Positions 26,219 to 42,730 of a DNA stretch of 64,000 nucleotides are shown one piece after another. The stretch spans positions 36,456,001 through 36,520,000 of the forward strand of contig OX597831.1 in NCBI GenBank assembly GCA_951406725.2, given 5' to 3'. Within the stretch, counting starts at the first letter, position 1. The number at the start of each line of letters is the position of its first letter. Under the pieces are notes generated by a model. It was given only the letters and a program-made list of their open reading frames with translations. It did no database searches and was not told where the DNA came from. This DNA is from Octopus vulgaris (Eukaryota). Both the position numbers and the translations under genes were made by a program.

Positions 26219-26759
26219 CTGCCTATAACTATTTCCCACTTTGGGATTTTGCTAATGTCTAGGAATTTGGGTGCAGCAATCTTCAATCTTCAATCTTCAA
26301 TCCAGATGACTGATGTAGTTGCATGAATCTTATATGAACTCTTATAAAATATTCTCTCATAAAAATATTACGTTATGATGATTCTGTTAGTAGAATACAT
26401 TAATGGTACAATTTGTACGGGAAATATTCAGCCATTTCCACAGTAATTCAATGAATAAAAGTAAGAAGGTAGTTTATTTGGTCAAACAAGTGAATACTAA
26501 TAATTGAATGCGACGGAGATCCATTTACACTAAGTTACATATACAGAGAGAAAGACAAAAGATGAAGAGAGAAGTCGGTCAGTAGATAGATGTCAGTGTA
26601 AATGTATATATGCATGCACGAATGCTTATATCTTCCCTATTAAAGAGGGAAGTTGGTGTAGGTATAAAAAAAGTTTCGCAATCTTTCTGGTTTTCTACTG
26701 AATTATTCAACACACAAATATATTCATTGATTTCAAAATGGGAACAAAACCAATAGGAA

Positions 26760-27470
26760 ATTCCACAATGCAGAAACAACAACGAGGTAAACAATAGACA
26801 CTGCTGCCATCCCTACCACTTTTTGCACCTCCAGAATTATCCTCATCGGTTTCACCATCACTGTGACTGCGGCTACAAGCAACATCAGAGAATTGCAGCT
26901 CCACAAAGCAACAGGAGCACTATGACAACCGTCAGCATCAGCTTTATCACCAAGACTGCAAGCAAAGAATCTATGATACCCAACGCAAAACACATCTTTA
27001 ACATAAGCACTGCCACGTCAGCCACTACCAGCATTATACCAACTAAAATACCCTACCCCCACCCCTCAGCACCACCACGTCCATAGCCACGAACACTAAT
27101 TTGACTAATACCATGTTCCACAATCACTGACTAAGCAACCGTCACCGCAGCCATCAAGCATCAATATTACAACCACGTAAATCAAATCTATTGTGAGAAT
27201 ATTATAATCATGCCCATGACCACCACCACCAGAAACAACACAACTATAACTAGCCAAACTTTCGGCTTCACAGAAATCACCACCATCTTCATTATCATCA
27301 TCATCATCATCATCATCATCATCGACAAATGCAACTGTTGAGAGCAACACCTTTACTACGGATTCGACAGCACCACTCAAAGCAACAACCTTCATCACAA
27401 CCACATATGCTCCGCCATCAACACCACCACCCACCACCCCAACACCACTACCACCAACACCACCACCACC

Positions 27471-27502
<32 letters not shown>

Positions 27503-27545
27503 CTAGCTACCAGAAATATCCACATCTATCAAGCTTGCCACGCCA
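26760..27545. repeat. Cryptically simple CA-rich (CAN)n low-complexity region
   Basis: Degenerate CAC/CAT/CAA/CAG triplets grading into pure (CAT)n and (CAA)n. Confidence 0.75.
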
Positions 27546-27799
27546 CTCTAGTGTAAATAAAATAACTTTGTAATTTTCTTTTCCTATCCACAGCAAATAA
27601 TAAGAGCAACGATAATAATTCTAAATGAAATAACTTTATCGAGTCTCAAAAGATTCAATTATCTTTAAGAAAACATCATGAGGAATATGATCTTTTGTGA
27701 GGCTCTGCTATTACTCAGCAATAATTTGATTTCAAATAAACAAACTATAAGACACACTACAGCACTGCATATGCATGTGTAAACGTGTATTCTTACACA

Positions 27800-30060
<2,261 letters not shown>

Positions 30061-31067
30061 GTTTACATGTTTGTGAATGTATTTTTCTTCGTATGCTCTG
30101 CTATAAAGTATGCAGATGAGTAATTTTAGTTGTATATACGAGGTTGAATATTTGTTGCTATATTTTTCTACACATATGTATGTACCAAGCATTTATGTAT
30201 GTATGTGAGAGATATTGAGGTAGAGAAGAGAGAGAATTCAAACAAAATTGCCAATCTTTAGCCAATATTCAATATAAATAAAAGTGGAGGAATGCATACA
30301 TACATGCATACATATGTATATGTATATGTAATATATAAAAGAAATTACAATGGTGTATAATCGTATAATCTTATTTGGCTCCTTGTTAACAATCTTTTCT
30401 TCTTTACTTCCTTTCTGTATTTATCTAGAAATCTCCTGTAAAGTTTCATCTGCTGTAATTTCTTTACAACAGAGTGAAATATATCTGAACAATACACCAC
30501 CATATTGTACCTACAATTGCCTTAAGCTAACAAGAGAATCACTTACATAGCCACTCTACTTGCAAGAAATAGCAGCCTAAACTAGAACTTATTGTTGTTT
30601 AGGAAAAGAAAGATGTAATAGAGCAATTTTAACTCTGGATGCTTCATGTTAAACATAAAATACAGGATAGCCATATCTGGATTATGTTTGATATTTAAGT
30701 CTTAATGAGTCAGGGCTCACCAAAAGCTGAACAATGCCAATCGCAACTATAAATCACTTCAAAAAATTCCACTCAACCTGTTCGAAATAACTGTCAAATT
30801 TCCTTCACACTACTATCTTAAAAGTTTGAAGAACCACATTATATGATGTACATCAAGGTACACAATGTCTGAAGAAAAAAAGGGAGATGGAATGATCATT
30901 ACTGATAGGTTTTTGATTAATCAACAATGCCAAACTACATACACACCTACATATACATAAGTATTTGTGTATATATACACATACTTATATATTCATACAT
31001 ATTTATGTATATGTATACACACACGCATACACTCAAAAACACACACATACACATATTAGGTTCACTC

Positions 31068-31215
31068 TGTAGGGTGGTTGGTGTTAGGAAGGGCATTCAG
31101 CCGTTAAAACTGTGCCAAAATAGACATAGAAGTCTGGTGCAGTTTTCTGCCTGGCCAGTTCCTGTCAAACCATCCAACCCATGCCAGCATGAAAAGCATA
31201 TATTAAACGGCGACA
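31068..31215 (+). mobile_element. SINE family C, diverged
   Basis: GGTTGGTGTTAGGAAGGGCATTCAGCC core and CCAACCCATGCCAGCATG tail. Confidence 0.75.
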
Positions 31216-31284
31216 ATAGCAATGATGAGAACAACGATGATGACAACATAGTGATGATGATGACGATACTATTTGTATTAGTCA

Positions 31285-31575
31285 GATTGGTGTCCGTGTC
31301 ATGATCAATGTTTTCAGTACGTTTTTGGCTATTGTATGTTTCAGTCTTCTTCAAGTGTTTTGTGTTGAACGCTGTTGCTGTATAGGAATTTCGAACTTAA
31401 CCCTTTATTCAGTCCATGAAATGAGAACAGTGTACCCCCATGGACCAAATGAAAAGTTAGGCTCAAACTTCCAGTTCAACAACTGAGTTCAACACAAGAC
31501 ACCTGAAGACAACTGGAACATACATCAGCTGAAACACAGTGAAATCAACAATTAAGATAAAGACACATGTCCAAA
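31285..31575. mobile_element. Old Penelope-like foldback remnant with two outward-facing hammerhead-like relics
   Basis: 31285-31370 is a diverged reverse complement of 31487-31575. ACAC-CUGAAGA-C-AACUG...CAGCU-GAAA at 31499-31534. Confidence 0.5.
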
Positions 31576-33002
31576 CTAATGTAAACTATACACAATATAA
31601 GGCGTAGTGTTCTCATGAAAAACAAACATGATTGTGTGATTTCCAAAGTGTTCATCATATAGTGGGTGCACATATGCATCAGTAAAGTTCAAAGTCACTT
31701 TCAAATTTGCTCTTTGTTTTATTTAGGATGTGTGAACGTTCTCAATGTATTTTATTCAGCAATTAAACAAAATCTGAGTAAACATAATGTTATTTTTTAA
31801 AATTCTTTAACTAAAGTAAACTCAATGTAAATCATACATTAATGAGGTATAAAAAATCGCAAGTACTCACACAGTTAATGTTATACCTGGTACATGAATT
31901 TTCTAAATTAATTTTATACAGCAATTACAATATATTTGACAAAACACTCCTTTATGTACCCATTGTAATAATGAAGAATTGTTGTTGTATGTTATAAAGA
32001 ACTGAATGCAATAATTGCTATGATACTCAACGCGAAAAGCACCGTTATTGAGGATGGGTAACCATTATTTATCAATGCTTTACAAAACAAAATATATACA
32101 AGGACCACAGTACAAAATCAGAAAGAAAACCAGGAAAATAAATTTAATGAGTCGAACACTGAAGTCAAAATTAATTACAATTGGAAATGAAGAAAATGAA
32201 TGAGATGGGGAGGGGGTGCATAATGCAGAATGTTGAGTGGACAAGAGAAAAGATGTGGTTGTGAATAAAGATAGGATGTTCATAGCTGGAACAATTCCTT
32301 TAATCATCTGTCTGCTGGATCAGAGCTGAACTGAAGCTAAACAATATCAAACAACAAACAAGTACCATTAGGAAAAGTCATCTGAGGAATATTTCTGTAA
32401 ATGTGTTATAAAGTAGTATTGATTGTTTATTAACATATAGATAGGTTGATATAATGTATGCAGACTAAATAATACATATATATATATATATTTTTAATTA
32501 ATTAATAATGTACATGTCAGCTTAACGATTCTATTGCACAGATTTCAAAGTAACTATAATCAATTCGGCACACATCTCCATAATTGTTACACTAAGTAAT
32601 ATCAATAATTGAAAATTAATCTTATTTTACCACATTTCTTAACTTTTTATTCTTATCTTTGCAACTAAAGTATTAAAAATGTCTTAATGTATATGCTACC
32701 GAGCAATGTCATTCACACTATCAGAAGCAAAGCACAGCAAAATAAACTAAAAGCATAATTAAAGCATGGAAACACTAAACCAAATATGTATGGTGAGAGA
32801 CAAAAAAAAGAAAGAAAGAGAGAGGGAGAGAGAGAGAGAGGGAAGAAGAAATAGACACGTGAAGTGGACGAGGTTGGGAGTGTATGTCATTGGATACATA
32901 ATTACATACATGCATATATATATATGTATGTATAAACATATATGTAAATAAATATATATATATATATACTTACCACACAGCCACCCCTGCACCTATATAT
33001 AT

Positions 33003-33405
33003 AGTGGCTGCGTGGTGAGTAGCTTGCTAACCAACCACATGGTTCCAGGTTCAGTCCCACTGCGTGGCATCTTGGGCAAGTGTCTTCTGCTATAGCCCCG
33101 GGCCGACCAATGCCTTGTGAGTGGATTTGGTAGACGGAAACTGAAAGAAGCCTGTCGTATATATGTATATATATAAGTGTGTGTGTATATGTTTGTGTGT
33201 CTGTGTTTGTCCCCCTAGCATTGCTTGACAACCGATGCTGGTGTGTTTACGTCCCCGTCACTTAGCGGTTCGGCAAAAGAGACCGATAGAATAAGTACTG
33301 GGCTTACAAAGAATAAGTCCCAGGGTCGATTTGCTCGACTAAAGGCAGTGCTCCAGCATGGCCGCAGTCAAATGACTGAAACAAGTAAAAGAGAAAAAAA
33401 AGAGT
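33003..33405 (+). mobile_element. SINE family A, near full length
   Basis: Colinear with the other family A copies in this window. Confidence 0.9.
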
Positions 33406-33482
33406 ATATATACACATATTACATATATATACATATATATATATATTTATATGTATATGTGTATATATATATATATATTTAT

Positions 33483-33885
33483 AGGTGCAGGAGTGGCTGT
33501 GTGGCAAGTAGTTTGCTTACAACACCACATGGTTCAGTCTGGATTCAGTCCCACTGCATGACACCTTGGGCAAGTATCTTTTACTATAGCCTTGGGCCGA
33601 CCAAAGCCTTGTGAGTGGATTAGGTAGAAACTGAAAGAAGCCCATCGTATATACATATATATATATATATATGTTCGCATGCATGTGTGTGTTTGTGTGC
33701 CTGTGTTTGTCCACCCCACCATTGCTTGACAACCGATGTTGGTGTGTTTACATCCCTATAACGTAGTGGTTGGGCAAAGGAGACCAACAGATTAGCTACC
33801 AGGCTTACAAAGAATAAGTTTCGGGTGGGTTGATATGTTCGACTAAAGGCAGTGCTCCAGCATGGCCACAGTCAAATGACTGAAA
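33483..33885 (+). mobile_element. SINE family A, full length
   Basis: Second tandem copy, separated from the first by (TA)n. Confidence 0.88.
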
Positions 33886-34414
33886 AAAAATAAATGAATA
33901 CATATATATATATAAATATATATATATATAACTGAATACACATGTACATATGCACAGACACACACACAGTTATCATATATATACATATAAACATTTATAA
34001 ATATGTGTGCACGTGTGTGTGTGTATGTGTTTGTATGTATGTATGTACCTACACACACAATACATATACATCTTAAATTGAGATAACTATATCAGTATTT
34101 TTCATTGTATTGCAAAATACATCATGGTAAACTGGTTTTATACTCGTATCGATATTCATATTTCTTAATGTGAGCTTAGATTACTTCAAAGCAGAAATTG
34201 TAAATATTGATTTGTCATATCGATACAGTACTACAGATTTATTGGCAAAAAGAGTAAAGAGGATGCTGTGAAGTACATTCCTTTCCTAAGTAAAACAGCA
34301 AAAGTTTGAAGTACTTAACAACTGATGCAATATCAGCCCCAGTCTGTTTGTACAGAAACTGAAGAAATACACACACAGACTATATATATATGTGCGTGTA
34401 TGTGTATATATATG

Positions 34415-34445
<31 letters not shown>

Positions 34446-34495
34446 ATACACATATACATATATAACATCTATCTATCTATCTATCTATCTATATA

Positions 34496-34533
<38 letters not shown>

Positions 34534-35001
34534 TAATAATAAGGGTTTTTTGCAACAAGTTGCTTAAACCACATACCGAAAATATTAGAAATAGCAGCCA
34601 AAGGACTACTATTTCCTATTACTACAATTTTACCACATTTAAGAGCGAATTTCGAAGGGTCTGAAAAATAAAAACTTTTACCTTGTTATTTTCTTACGGT
34701 CATACCTAGGTTTCAAATCTTTTTAGCAAATAAAATAATTTGTTAGGCTAAATTCTCATCAGTGACCGCGCCATAATATTAACATATAATTTAGAGATAA
34801 ATATCATGTTTCTCATCGTTACACACTATAATTTTTCCAATTCACCATGCAAGCACAGTTTCCATTGGCAGTAAATGAATAAATGCCGAACTAAACTTCT
34901 AAAATTTGTTAATCTAAAAAAAACAAATCGCTACCCTATATATTTTAAATATATGTTTTTAGTATATATATACACATATATATACATATTTATATAGGTA
35001 A

Positions 35002-35075
<74 letters not shown>
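35002..35075. repeat. (AGAT)n microsatellite
   Basis: Directly visible. Confidence 0.95.
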
Positions 35076-35076
<1 letters not shown>

Positions 35077-35428
35077 TTGTTTATTTGCCTGCTCTGTATG
35101 TTTTTCTATGCTTGCATTGGCTGGGCGAATGTTTTATTTGACACTAACCTTTACCACTGTTTTATGTAGGAGTGATCTCTTACCTCATACACCTTCACAT
35201 ACACAAAGTGACTGCTTGATTTCTTGACAAGAGAAACTGGTAACAATGGCAGCAATGTATAGAGGCAATTGCAGGTGTAAAAACACTCATATGCACATAT
35301 ATACATATACACATGCATGCACATACATGCATACAAAAGTCTTCTTTCACTTTCTATTCACCGAACCCACTGCAATAGTTAGCATACACATGCATGCATA
35401 TACACACATCTAGACATATACAGACTAC

Positions 35429-35839
35429 CATACATACATAAAAATACATGCATATATATAGACAGACAGACAGATAGGCTGATAGATAGACATAGACCGG
35501 AAGAAATGGATGCAGAAAAATAGATATATATACATATACATACATATACATACATACATGCATACATACATACATATATATGTGTGTGTACATATATACA
35601 TATATATATATACACACTCACACATACACACAGGCACACACATACGTCTTTGGTTATAGCTGCTTCAAATCCAAAACAAAATACATACATACATAAAAAT
35701 GCATGCATATATATAGACAGACAGATAGGCTGATAGATAGACACAGACCGGAAGAAATGGATACAGAAAAATAGATGTATATACATATACATACATATAC
35801 ATACATACATGCATACATACATACATATATATGTGTGTG

Positions 35840-35875
<36 letters not shown>

Positions 35876-35952
35876 TACACACTCACACATACACACAGGC
35901 ACACACATATGTCTTTGGTTATAGCTGCTTCAAATCCAAAACAAAATACATA
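35429..35952. repeat. Tandem duplication, about 260-bp unit x 2
   Basis: Unique markers AGACCGGAAGAAATGGAT and GTCTTTGGTTATAGCTGCTTCAAATCCAAAACAAAATACATA each occur twice in order. Confidence 0.9.
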
Positions 35953-36173
35953 AAACCAATTCTTGTAATGATTTCTTTTTAGCCTTTTGCGTAAAATATG
36001 AAATTATATAGAAAATGACATGGAAATCTTACAATAATAGCTATTCTGAAATCACAAAACTGAGATAGAATACGGAAGTAGGTAATAAATATTCAAAAGA
36101 AGAGTAAATAGAAAAATAAATAAATAAACACACCTATATACATATATATCTATAAATAGATATGTATATATAT

Positions 36174-36233
<60 letters not shown>

Positions 36234-36510
36234 GTGTGTGTGTGTGTGTATGTATATATGTATATATGTATGCATTTGTATATTTATATATTTAGGAAAA
36301 CATAAATGCTTAAACAGTGTTTTGGTGATGGAACTTTTCGTGTTGTCACTTGACCTTTTCAATGTAGCAACAACATCTTACTCAGCAGATTCTTAATATA
36401 TCATTAAAATGTGAAACACGTTTCGATACAATGTGAATCCTCGTTTCAGTGTCAGTCACCCTATTTCCTCCTCCATTCAGATACAATATATATATATATA
36501 TATATATATA

Positions 36511-36912
36511 TACTCTTTTACTCTTTTACTCTTTTACTTGTTTCAGTCATTTGACTGCGGCCATGCTGGAGCACCGCCTTTAATCGAGCAACTCGACCCC
36601 GGGACTTATTCTTTGTAAGCTCAGTCTCTTTTGCCGAACCGCTAAGTGATGGGGACATAAACACACCAGCATCGGTTGTCAAGCAATGCTAGGGGGACAA
36701 ACACAGACACACAAACACACACACATACATATATATATATACATATATACGACGGGCTTCTTTCAGTTTCCGTCTACCAAATTCACTCACAAGGCTTTGG
36801 TCGGCTCGAGGCTATAGTAGAAGACACTTGCCCAAGGTGCCACGCAGTGGGACTGAACCCGGAACCATGTGGTTGGTAAGCAAGCTACTTATCACACAGC
36901 CACTCCTGCGCC
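36511..36912 (-). mobile_element. SINE family A, full length, in (TA)n
   Basis: Reverse complement of the 33003 copy, with a (TACTCTTT)n tail. Confidence 0.92.
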
Positions 36913-36916
36913 TATA

Positions 36917-37033
<117 letters not shown>

Positions 37034-37272
37034 GAGTGTATTTTTACCTTGTTAACAATTAACACGTTAAAAATAAATAAATAGTTACCAGGGCAGCAAA
37101 TATCTCACAAGTAAAGGTGTTGTAACTCCTTATTTATAAAGGTAGAAACTTCGTGTTTATATTTTCGTGTTGAATATTTTGAATAATATGAATAAAAAAA
37201 TGGAGTTAACGCAGGTGTAATCAAATATTTTTACTTTCGACACATGTTTCGAAAATTTCATATATATATATA

Positions 37273-38145
37273 CTAGCAGCTAACCCCGGTTTCACTCGGT
37301 CTGTTTGGATGATGTGTCTGTGATCGTTTTCTCAACTTTATCATTTTGGATCCCCTGTTTTGATTTGAGCCTCCAGCTGTATGAAAATTTCCTGATCCCC
37401 CCCCCCCAATTGTCAGAAAACAACTTTAGGAGTTGTGAAGAACGAATTTGTACGTAGTATGTTTCTGGGAGCTATTTCTATTGGATCGCTGTCTAATCAT
37501 TAAAACATTGGTTTAATTATGAACATAGAAAGAAATTATTTTTGTAAGCAGTTGTATCCGTAAAAATTTTATTTGCAGAGAGCAGAGATTGAAACAAGAT
37601 TTATGAAATGGACGTGTGTGTGTGTGTGTGTGTGTGTGCGTGAGCGTGATTGCACGTGTGTGTGTGAGAAAGAAAGAGGGTGAGAAAGAGAGATAGAGTG
37701 AGTGAGTGAAGGTGTGTGTCGTAATGATTGTCGTATTTGTACATAGTCTGTTTCTGAGTGCTATTCTATGGGACCTCTGTCTAGTCATTAAAACATTGAT
37801 TTAATTATGAACATAGAAAGAAATTATACATTAATCCCTATTTTTGTAAGCAGTTGTATCCTTAAAAAATTTTATTTGCAGAGAGCAGAAATTGAAAGAA
37901 GATATATGAAATGAACGTGTGTGTGTGTGTGCTTGCGTGTGTGTATGTGAATGAGAAAAAGGGTGAGAAAGAGAGATAGAGTGAGTGAGTGAAGGTGTGT
38001 GTCGTGATGATTGACGTCTTTTAAGGTACACACTCATACATAGAAAATGTGAGGTCATCGTATAAAATTTTTATGATAGTTTATTTATAGAAAAGATTGT
38101 GTTAAATTTTTGAAATGCAAATATGGGAATGAAAATTAAGTTCAG
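37273..38145 (-). mobile_element. Non-autonomous Helitron-like element with an internal tandem duplication of about 285 bp
   Basis: Minus-strand 3' end CCGAGTGAAACCGGGG...GCTAG|T. Duplicated units at 37447-37735 and 37736-38017. The 5' end was not identified. Confidence 0.55.
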
Positions 38146-38609
38146 ACATCTACATGGTAGCTAGAATTGGTAGAAATAGCAGGCAAATCTCTCTCAAAAT
38201 ACCCTACTGTCTTAATCCGACAATTCTGCCTATTATGTAGTTTTAATGAGAAACTGTAACTAAAGATTAAGATTATTAACCTCACAAAGAGGTGAAAGAA
38301 TAGAGACAGCATAGCGAAAGTTTTGGCTCACTGTCATCTTGTACTCCCCTTGTTGCTAGCGAAATGGTATATGCCAGTTTTGTGAGCAACTGGTTGTTAT
38401 AATGACAGAACAAACAGGGGAAATCCATTAGAAAAAGTTTTAATCAATTTTCTCGGTAACTGTGGGGGCTAGGAAAAAATGCAAACTGCGTTCCTATCTA
38501 TGCACCCGTCTCCACATGTGTGCAATTTTTTACGTGAATCCACCCAGCCGTTTTGCTGTGAACCTCAAGACAAGAAAGAATACAACACCCACCCATGTCC
38601 AATTTATAT

Positions 38610-38659
<50 letters not shown>

Positions 38660-38793
38660 TGTGTATATATATATATACAACAAACATTAAGGCAAGGCAA
38701 ACATCTCAAGTCGTATACATTATTATTATCTGCGAACGTTAAACGATGATGATGATGATGATGATGTATATATATATATATGATATATGTAAG

Positions 38794-38834
<41 letters not shown>

Positions 38835-38863
38835 GTATGTATATATGTATGAATGTATATATA

Positions 38864-38939
<76 letters not shown>

Positions 38940-39475
38940 GAGAGAGAGACACACACGCAAATAGATAGATATGCATCTCTTTTCTAAAGTGTAACATGTT
39001 ACACTTCTAGTTATCCAAATTCCAGTGAATTTTCTTTCTTTCTTACAACCAGCTCCTTCCTCATAGCAACAATTCAAAGAATTAATAATGAATAATTAAT
39101 AATAACACACAGAAGGCATGATAAGTGGTATTTCTGGTGAATTACAGCTACCTCAGACGTAAGTGTAATAATATATTATTAAGTGTTACTATGGGAAGTT
39201 AAATGAATAACATGAGCTGAAGTAACAACCTGCCATATGTGAATAATACCAAGAGCTAGGACATCAATACGTTAGGTAATGTGTTGTAACGAGGTAGTGA
39301 TTAAAACTGGAGAAGCTGCAAGCGTATCAGCAGTATTTGCCAAGATACTAAAAATAGGGGCTCTTGTGTTAAAAGATTTAACGCAAACGCATCAAAAAAG
39401 TTAACTAGGAAACTTCTGCACTGAGGGGAAAACAAAAAACTATGTTAGTGACCGAGAAATATCCTCTTGGTTCAA

Positions 39476-39921
39476 GGGCAGCGAGCTGGCAAAAACATTA
39501 GCACACTGGGCGAAATGCTTAGCGGTATTTCGTCTGCCGTTACGTTCTGAGTTCAAATTCCACCGAGGTCGACTTTGCATTTTATCCTTTTGGGGCCGAT
39601 TAAATAACTAGTACCAGTTATGCACTGGGGTCGATATAATCGACTTAATCCGTTTGTCTGTCCTTGTTTGTCCCCTCTGTGTTTGGTCCCTTGTGGGTAG
39701 TAAAGAAATAGGTATTTCGTCTGCCGTTACGTTCTGAGTTCAAATTCCGCCGAGGTCGACTTTGCCTTTCATTTTTTTGGAGTCTATTAAATAAGCACCA
39801 GTTATGCACTGGGGTCGATATAATCGACTTAATCCGTTTGTCTGTCCTTGTTTGTCCTCTCTGTGTTTAGCCCCTTGTGGGTAGTAAAGAAATAGGTATC
39901 TCGCCTGTCCTTATGTTCTGA
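39476..39921 (+). mobile_element. tRNA-derived SINE family B (Nin/Deu-domain-like), internally duplicated
   Basis: GAGCTGGC A box, GAGTTCAAATTCC B box and GACTTTGCCTTTCATCC...GGTCGAT..TAAGTACCA domain. The body is repeated twice. Confidence 0.85.
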
Positions 39922-40084
39922 GTGTTTAACTCCGTCTCCTTCATATACTTCATAGATGCTTATAATTGGTCGGAGGTTCTAAATTTTTTTATTTCGGTGT
40001 CTCTGTCTAGGGTGATTTTGCATGTGTTTAATAGCTTTGGTGTATATGTCATCATCATTATCATCATCATTATCATCATCATCA

Positions 40085-40258
40085 AGGCTGTGATTTGGCA
40101 GAATCGTTAGCACGTTGGGCAAAATGCTTAGCGACATTTCGTCTGTCTATGTTTTGAGTTCAAATTCCGCCGAGGTCAACTTTGCCCTTCATCCTTTCGG
40201 GGTCAATAGATTAAGTACCAGTTGCATACTGAGGCCTTGTGCCAAGAGTAGAAAAGAT
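40085..40258 (+). mobile_element. SINE family B
   Basis: Same head and central domain. Confidence 0.8.
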
Positions 40259-40748
40259 TATCATTTTGGTTCTTTTGTCAAGTACAAGAATTAATTCTGG
40301 TTATGTTTTGTTCTAATTAGACTCCCTAGCAAATCTCAAACATCACGGTACTTACCAAAGTGTCGAGGAGGGAATCCTTAATTTAATGCTCAAGAATCTA
40401 CCCTAGCTGATATAGAAAAATAGAAATATCTAGAGAATTGTATTACATACAGATGGTGTTTGTAACTAATTAGTGTTAATACATGTACTGTAAGTAGAAT
40501 TAATAAGATAACTGGTAAAAGCTAACTTGAGGTGGGTAAAACATTTTTCAGCATGAACACAAAAATTCTAGGTTTGCTAATGAAGTCTAATAAGACTGAA
40601 ATATGTGCAGAGTGGTCTCCCATATTTGCTGAAAGGACTACTAAAACATCAGTCAATTACTATTATTTCTTCCTCACTCCATAAGTCTTTCTAATAAGCT
40701 TTTTGTCTCTAACTACATCAAATATGTTAACACTAACTTAACCAACAA

Positions 40749-40963
40749 GGCAGCAACCTGGCAGAAATGTTAGTACACTGGGCGAAATGCTTAGGGGTAT
40801 TTTGTCTGTCTTTATGTTCTGATTTCAAATTCCACCGAGGTCGACTTTGCCTTTCATCCTTTCAGGGTCGATAAATCAAGTACCAGTTGCATACTGGGGA
40901 TTGATCTAATTGACTAGCCCCCTCCCAAAAGATTTTAGGCCTTCTGCCTAGCGTAGAAAAGAA
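40749..40963 (+). mobile_element. SINE family B with apparent target-site duplication
   Basis: Full head to tail. ACTAACTTAACCA occurs on both flanks. Confidence 0.85.
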
Positions 40964-41621
40964 TACTAACTTAACCATTGTGTATTTCATTCTTATAGCA
41001 TCTTAGAATATTTTATTTCTGCATATTTCTATGTAAGTGCTATACACATTACCATCTTAGTTAATGAGTTTATATACAGAAATTAATCATTTATATTCAA
41101 TTGCATAGCAGTATAACCATTAATTGCTTCAAGATTAAGATGCACTAGAATGGCACATACACAGAAGACTTCAAAATGGTAAAAATATATTTTGAATGTA
41201 CTTAGGAAATTTTCAATGAAATTAAAGTTATCTAAGGAAAGAAGTATATTGGGAATTTTATCAGGCCAGGGAAAAACAGATACCATATTTTTCATGAGAT
41301 AACTGCAAGAGAAATTCTAAATTCTGAACAAACAACTGTATTTGTCTCTTCAAATCGATTATACACATCTCTCAAAGAATGTAGCTTCTGAAAATGTGGA
41401 TTCACAGAATTGTTAGAGCATCAAAAGAAATGCCGTGCAGTATCTCTTCTTGTAATTAACATTCTCTTTTCAAATCCTTCCAAGGTCAACTACGAATTTC
41501 ATCTTTTAGAGGTATATAAAATATAATGAAAGATTGATCAAATAGTGGAATCAATGCCACAGACGAACTCTCTCCCATCATAAGTGATGACCTTGTGCTT
41601 CTTGGCCAAGTATCTTCTTCC

Positions 41622-41750
41622 CAGCCACATGGTTCTGGGTTCAGTCCCACTGCATGGCAACTTGGGCAAGTGCCTTCTACTATAGCCTCAAGCTGACCAA
41701 AGCCTTGTGAGTAGATTTGGTAGGCAGAAACTGAAAGAAGCCCGTCGTAT
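41622..41750 (+). mobile_element. SINE family A, 5' half
   Basis: Colinear with the family A head and truncated by a family C insertion. Confidence 0.8.
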
Positions 41751-41751
41751 A

Positions 41752-42085
41752 ATCATCATCATCATCATCATCATCATCGTTTAACGTCCGTTTTCCATGC
41801 TAGCATGGATTGGACGGTTTGACTGAGGTCTGGGAAGCCAGGAGGCTGCACCAGGCTCCAGTCTGATCTGGCAGTGTTACTACAGCTGAATGCCCTTTCT
41901 AACTCCGTGAGTGTAGTGGGTGCTTTTTACATGCCACTGGCACAGGAGCCAGAGGAGGCTGGCAAAAGCCACAATCAGTTGGTGCTTTTTATGTTCCACT
42001 GGCTCGGAAGCCAGTCAAGGCAGCACTGGCATTGGCCACATTCGGATGGTGCTTGTTATGTGCTACCGGCACAGGTATCACAACT
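41752..42085 (-). mobile_element. SINE family C with upstream minisatellite of about 60 bp
   Basis: (ATC)n tail, reverse-complement core and GGTGCTTTTTA..TG repeats. Confidence 0.75.
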
Positions 42086-42154
42086 ACAATTTCGATTTGA
42101 TTTTCATTTTGATGTTGATGTACTTGACTCAATAGGTCTCCTCAAGCATAGCAG

Positions 42155-42443
42155 GTCATATCTCACAACTTTTCTTTCTTCCTTATCACATACCTTGTTG
42201 CCAGCTGGGCATGCTATATCTATGATCCAGCATGGTTTGCTTTCTTTCTCAATTAACACTATATCTGGTTTTCTATTTTCTATCTCACGGTCACACTGAA
42301 TCATAAAATCCCACAGGATCTTTGCTTTATCATTTTCAATGATGTCTTCAGGTTTGTGGTCGTACCAATTTTTTGCTCTGTCAAGTCCATACCTGTTGCA
42401 AAGTCTCCAATGGACAAGCCTTGCTATATTGTCGTGGCATCTC

Positions 42444-42444
<1 letters not shown>
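42155..42444 (-). mobile_element. R4/Dong-clade retrotransposon fragment (RLE endonuclease domain) abutting (AAT)n
   Basis: Translation HDNIARLVHWRLCNRYGLDRAKNWYDHKPEDIIENDKAKILWDFMIQCDREIENRKPDIVLIEKESKPCWIIDIACP, containing the PD-D motif. Confidence 0.85.
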
Positions 42445-42501
<57 letters not shown>

Positions 42502-42730
42502 CATCATCATCATCATCATAATTTATAGTTTTCTTCTTCATTTTACTATTGCCTGCCTCAAATTTACTCCAGATAGGACGTTCCTCACATAGTCTGTATC
42601 TACACAGCATTCAGGTTTGACTGAGGATTATGTCATGAGTGTAAGTCCCTGGGGAATACTCATCTGCAACTGATGTTAGATCTAAATACTACTGTGTTCT
42701 TATTACACAGTGCAATAAAATTTAAATTTT

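Noticed and set aside
26823-27556. His/Gln/Thr-rich ORFs as a mucin-like exon
   Set aside because: The frames are interrupted by stops and the region is degenerate (CAN)n sequence.
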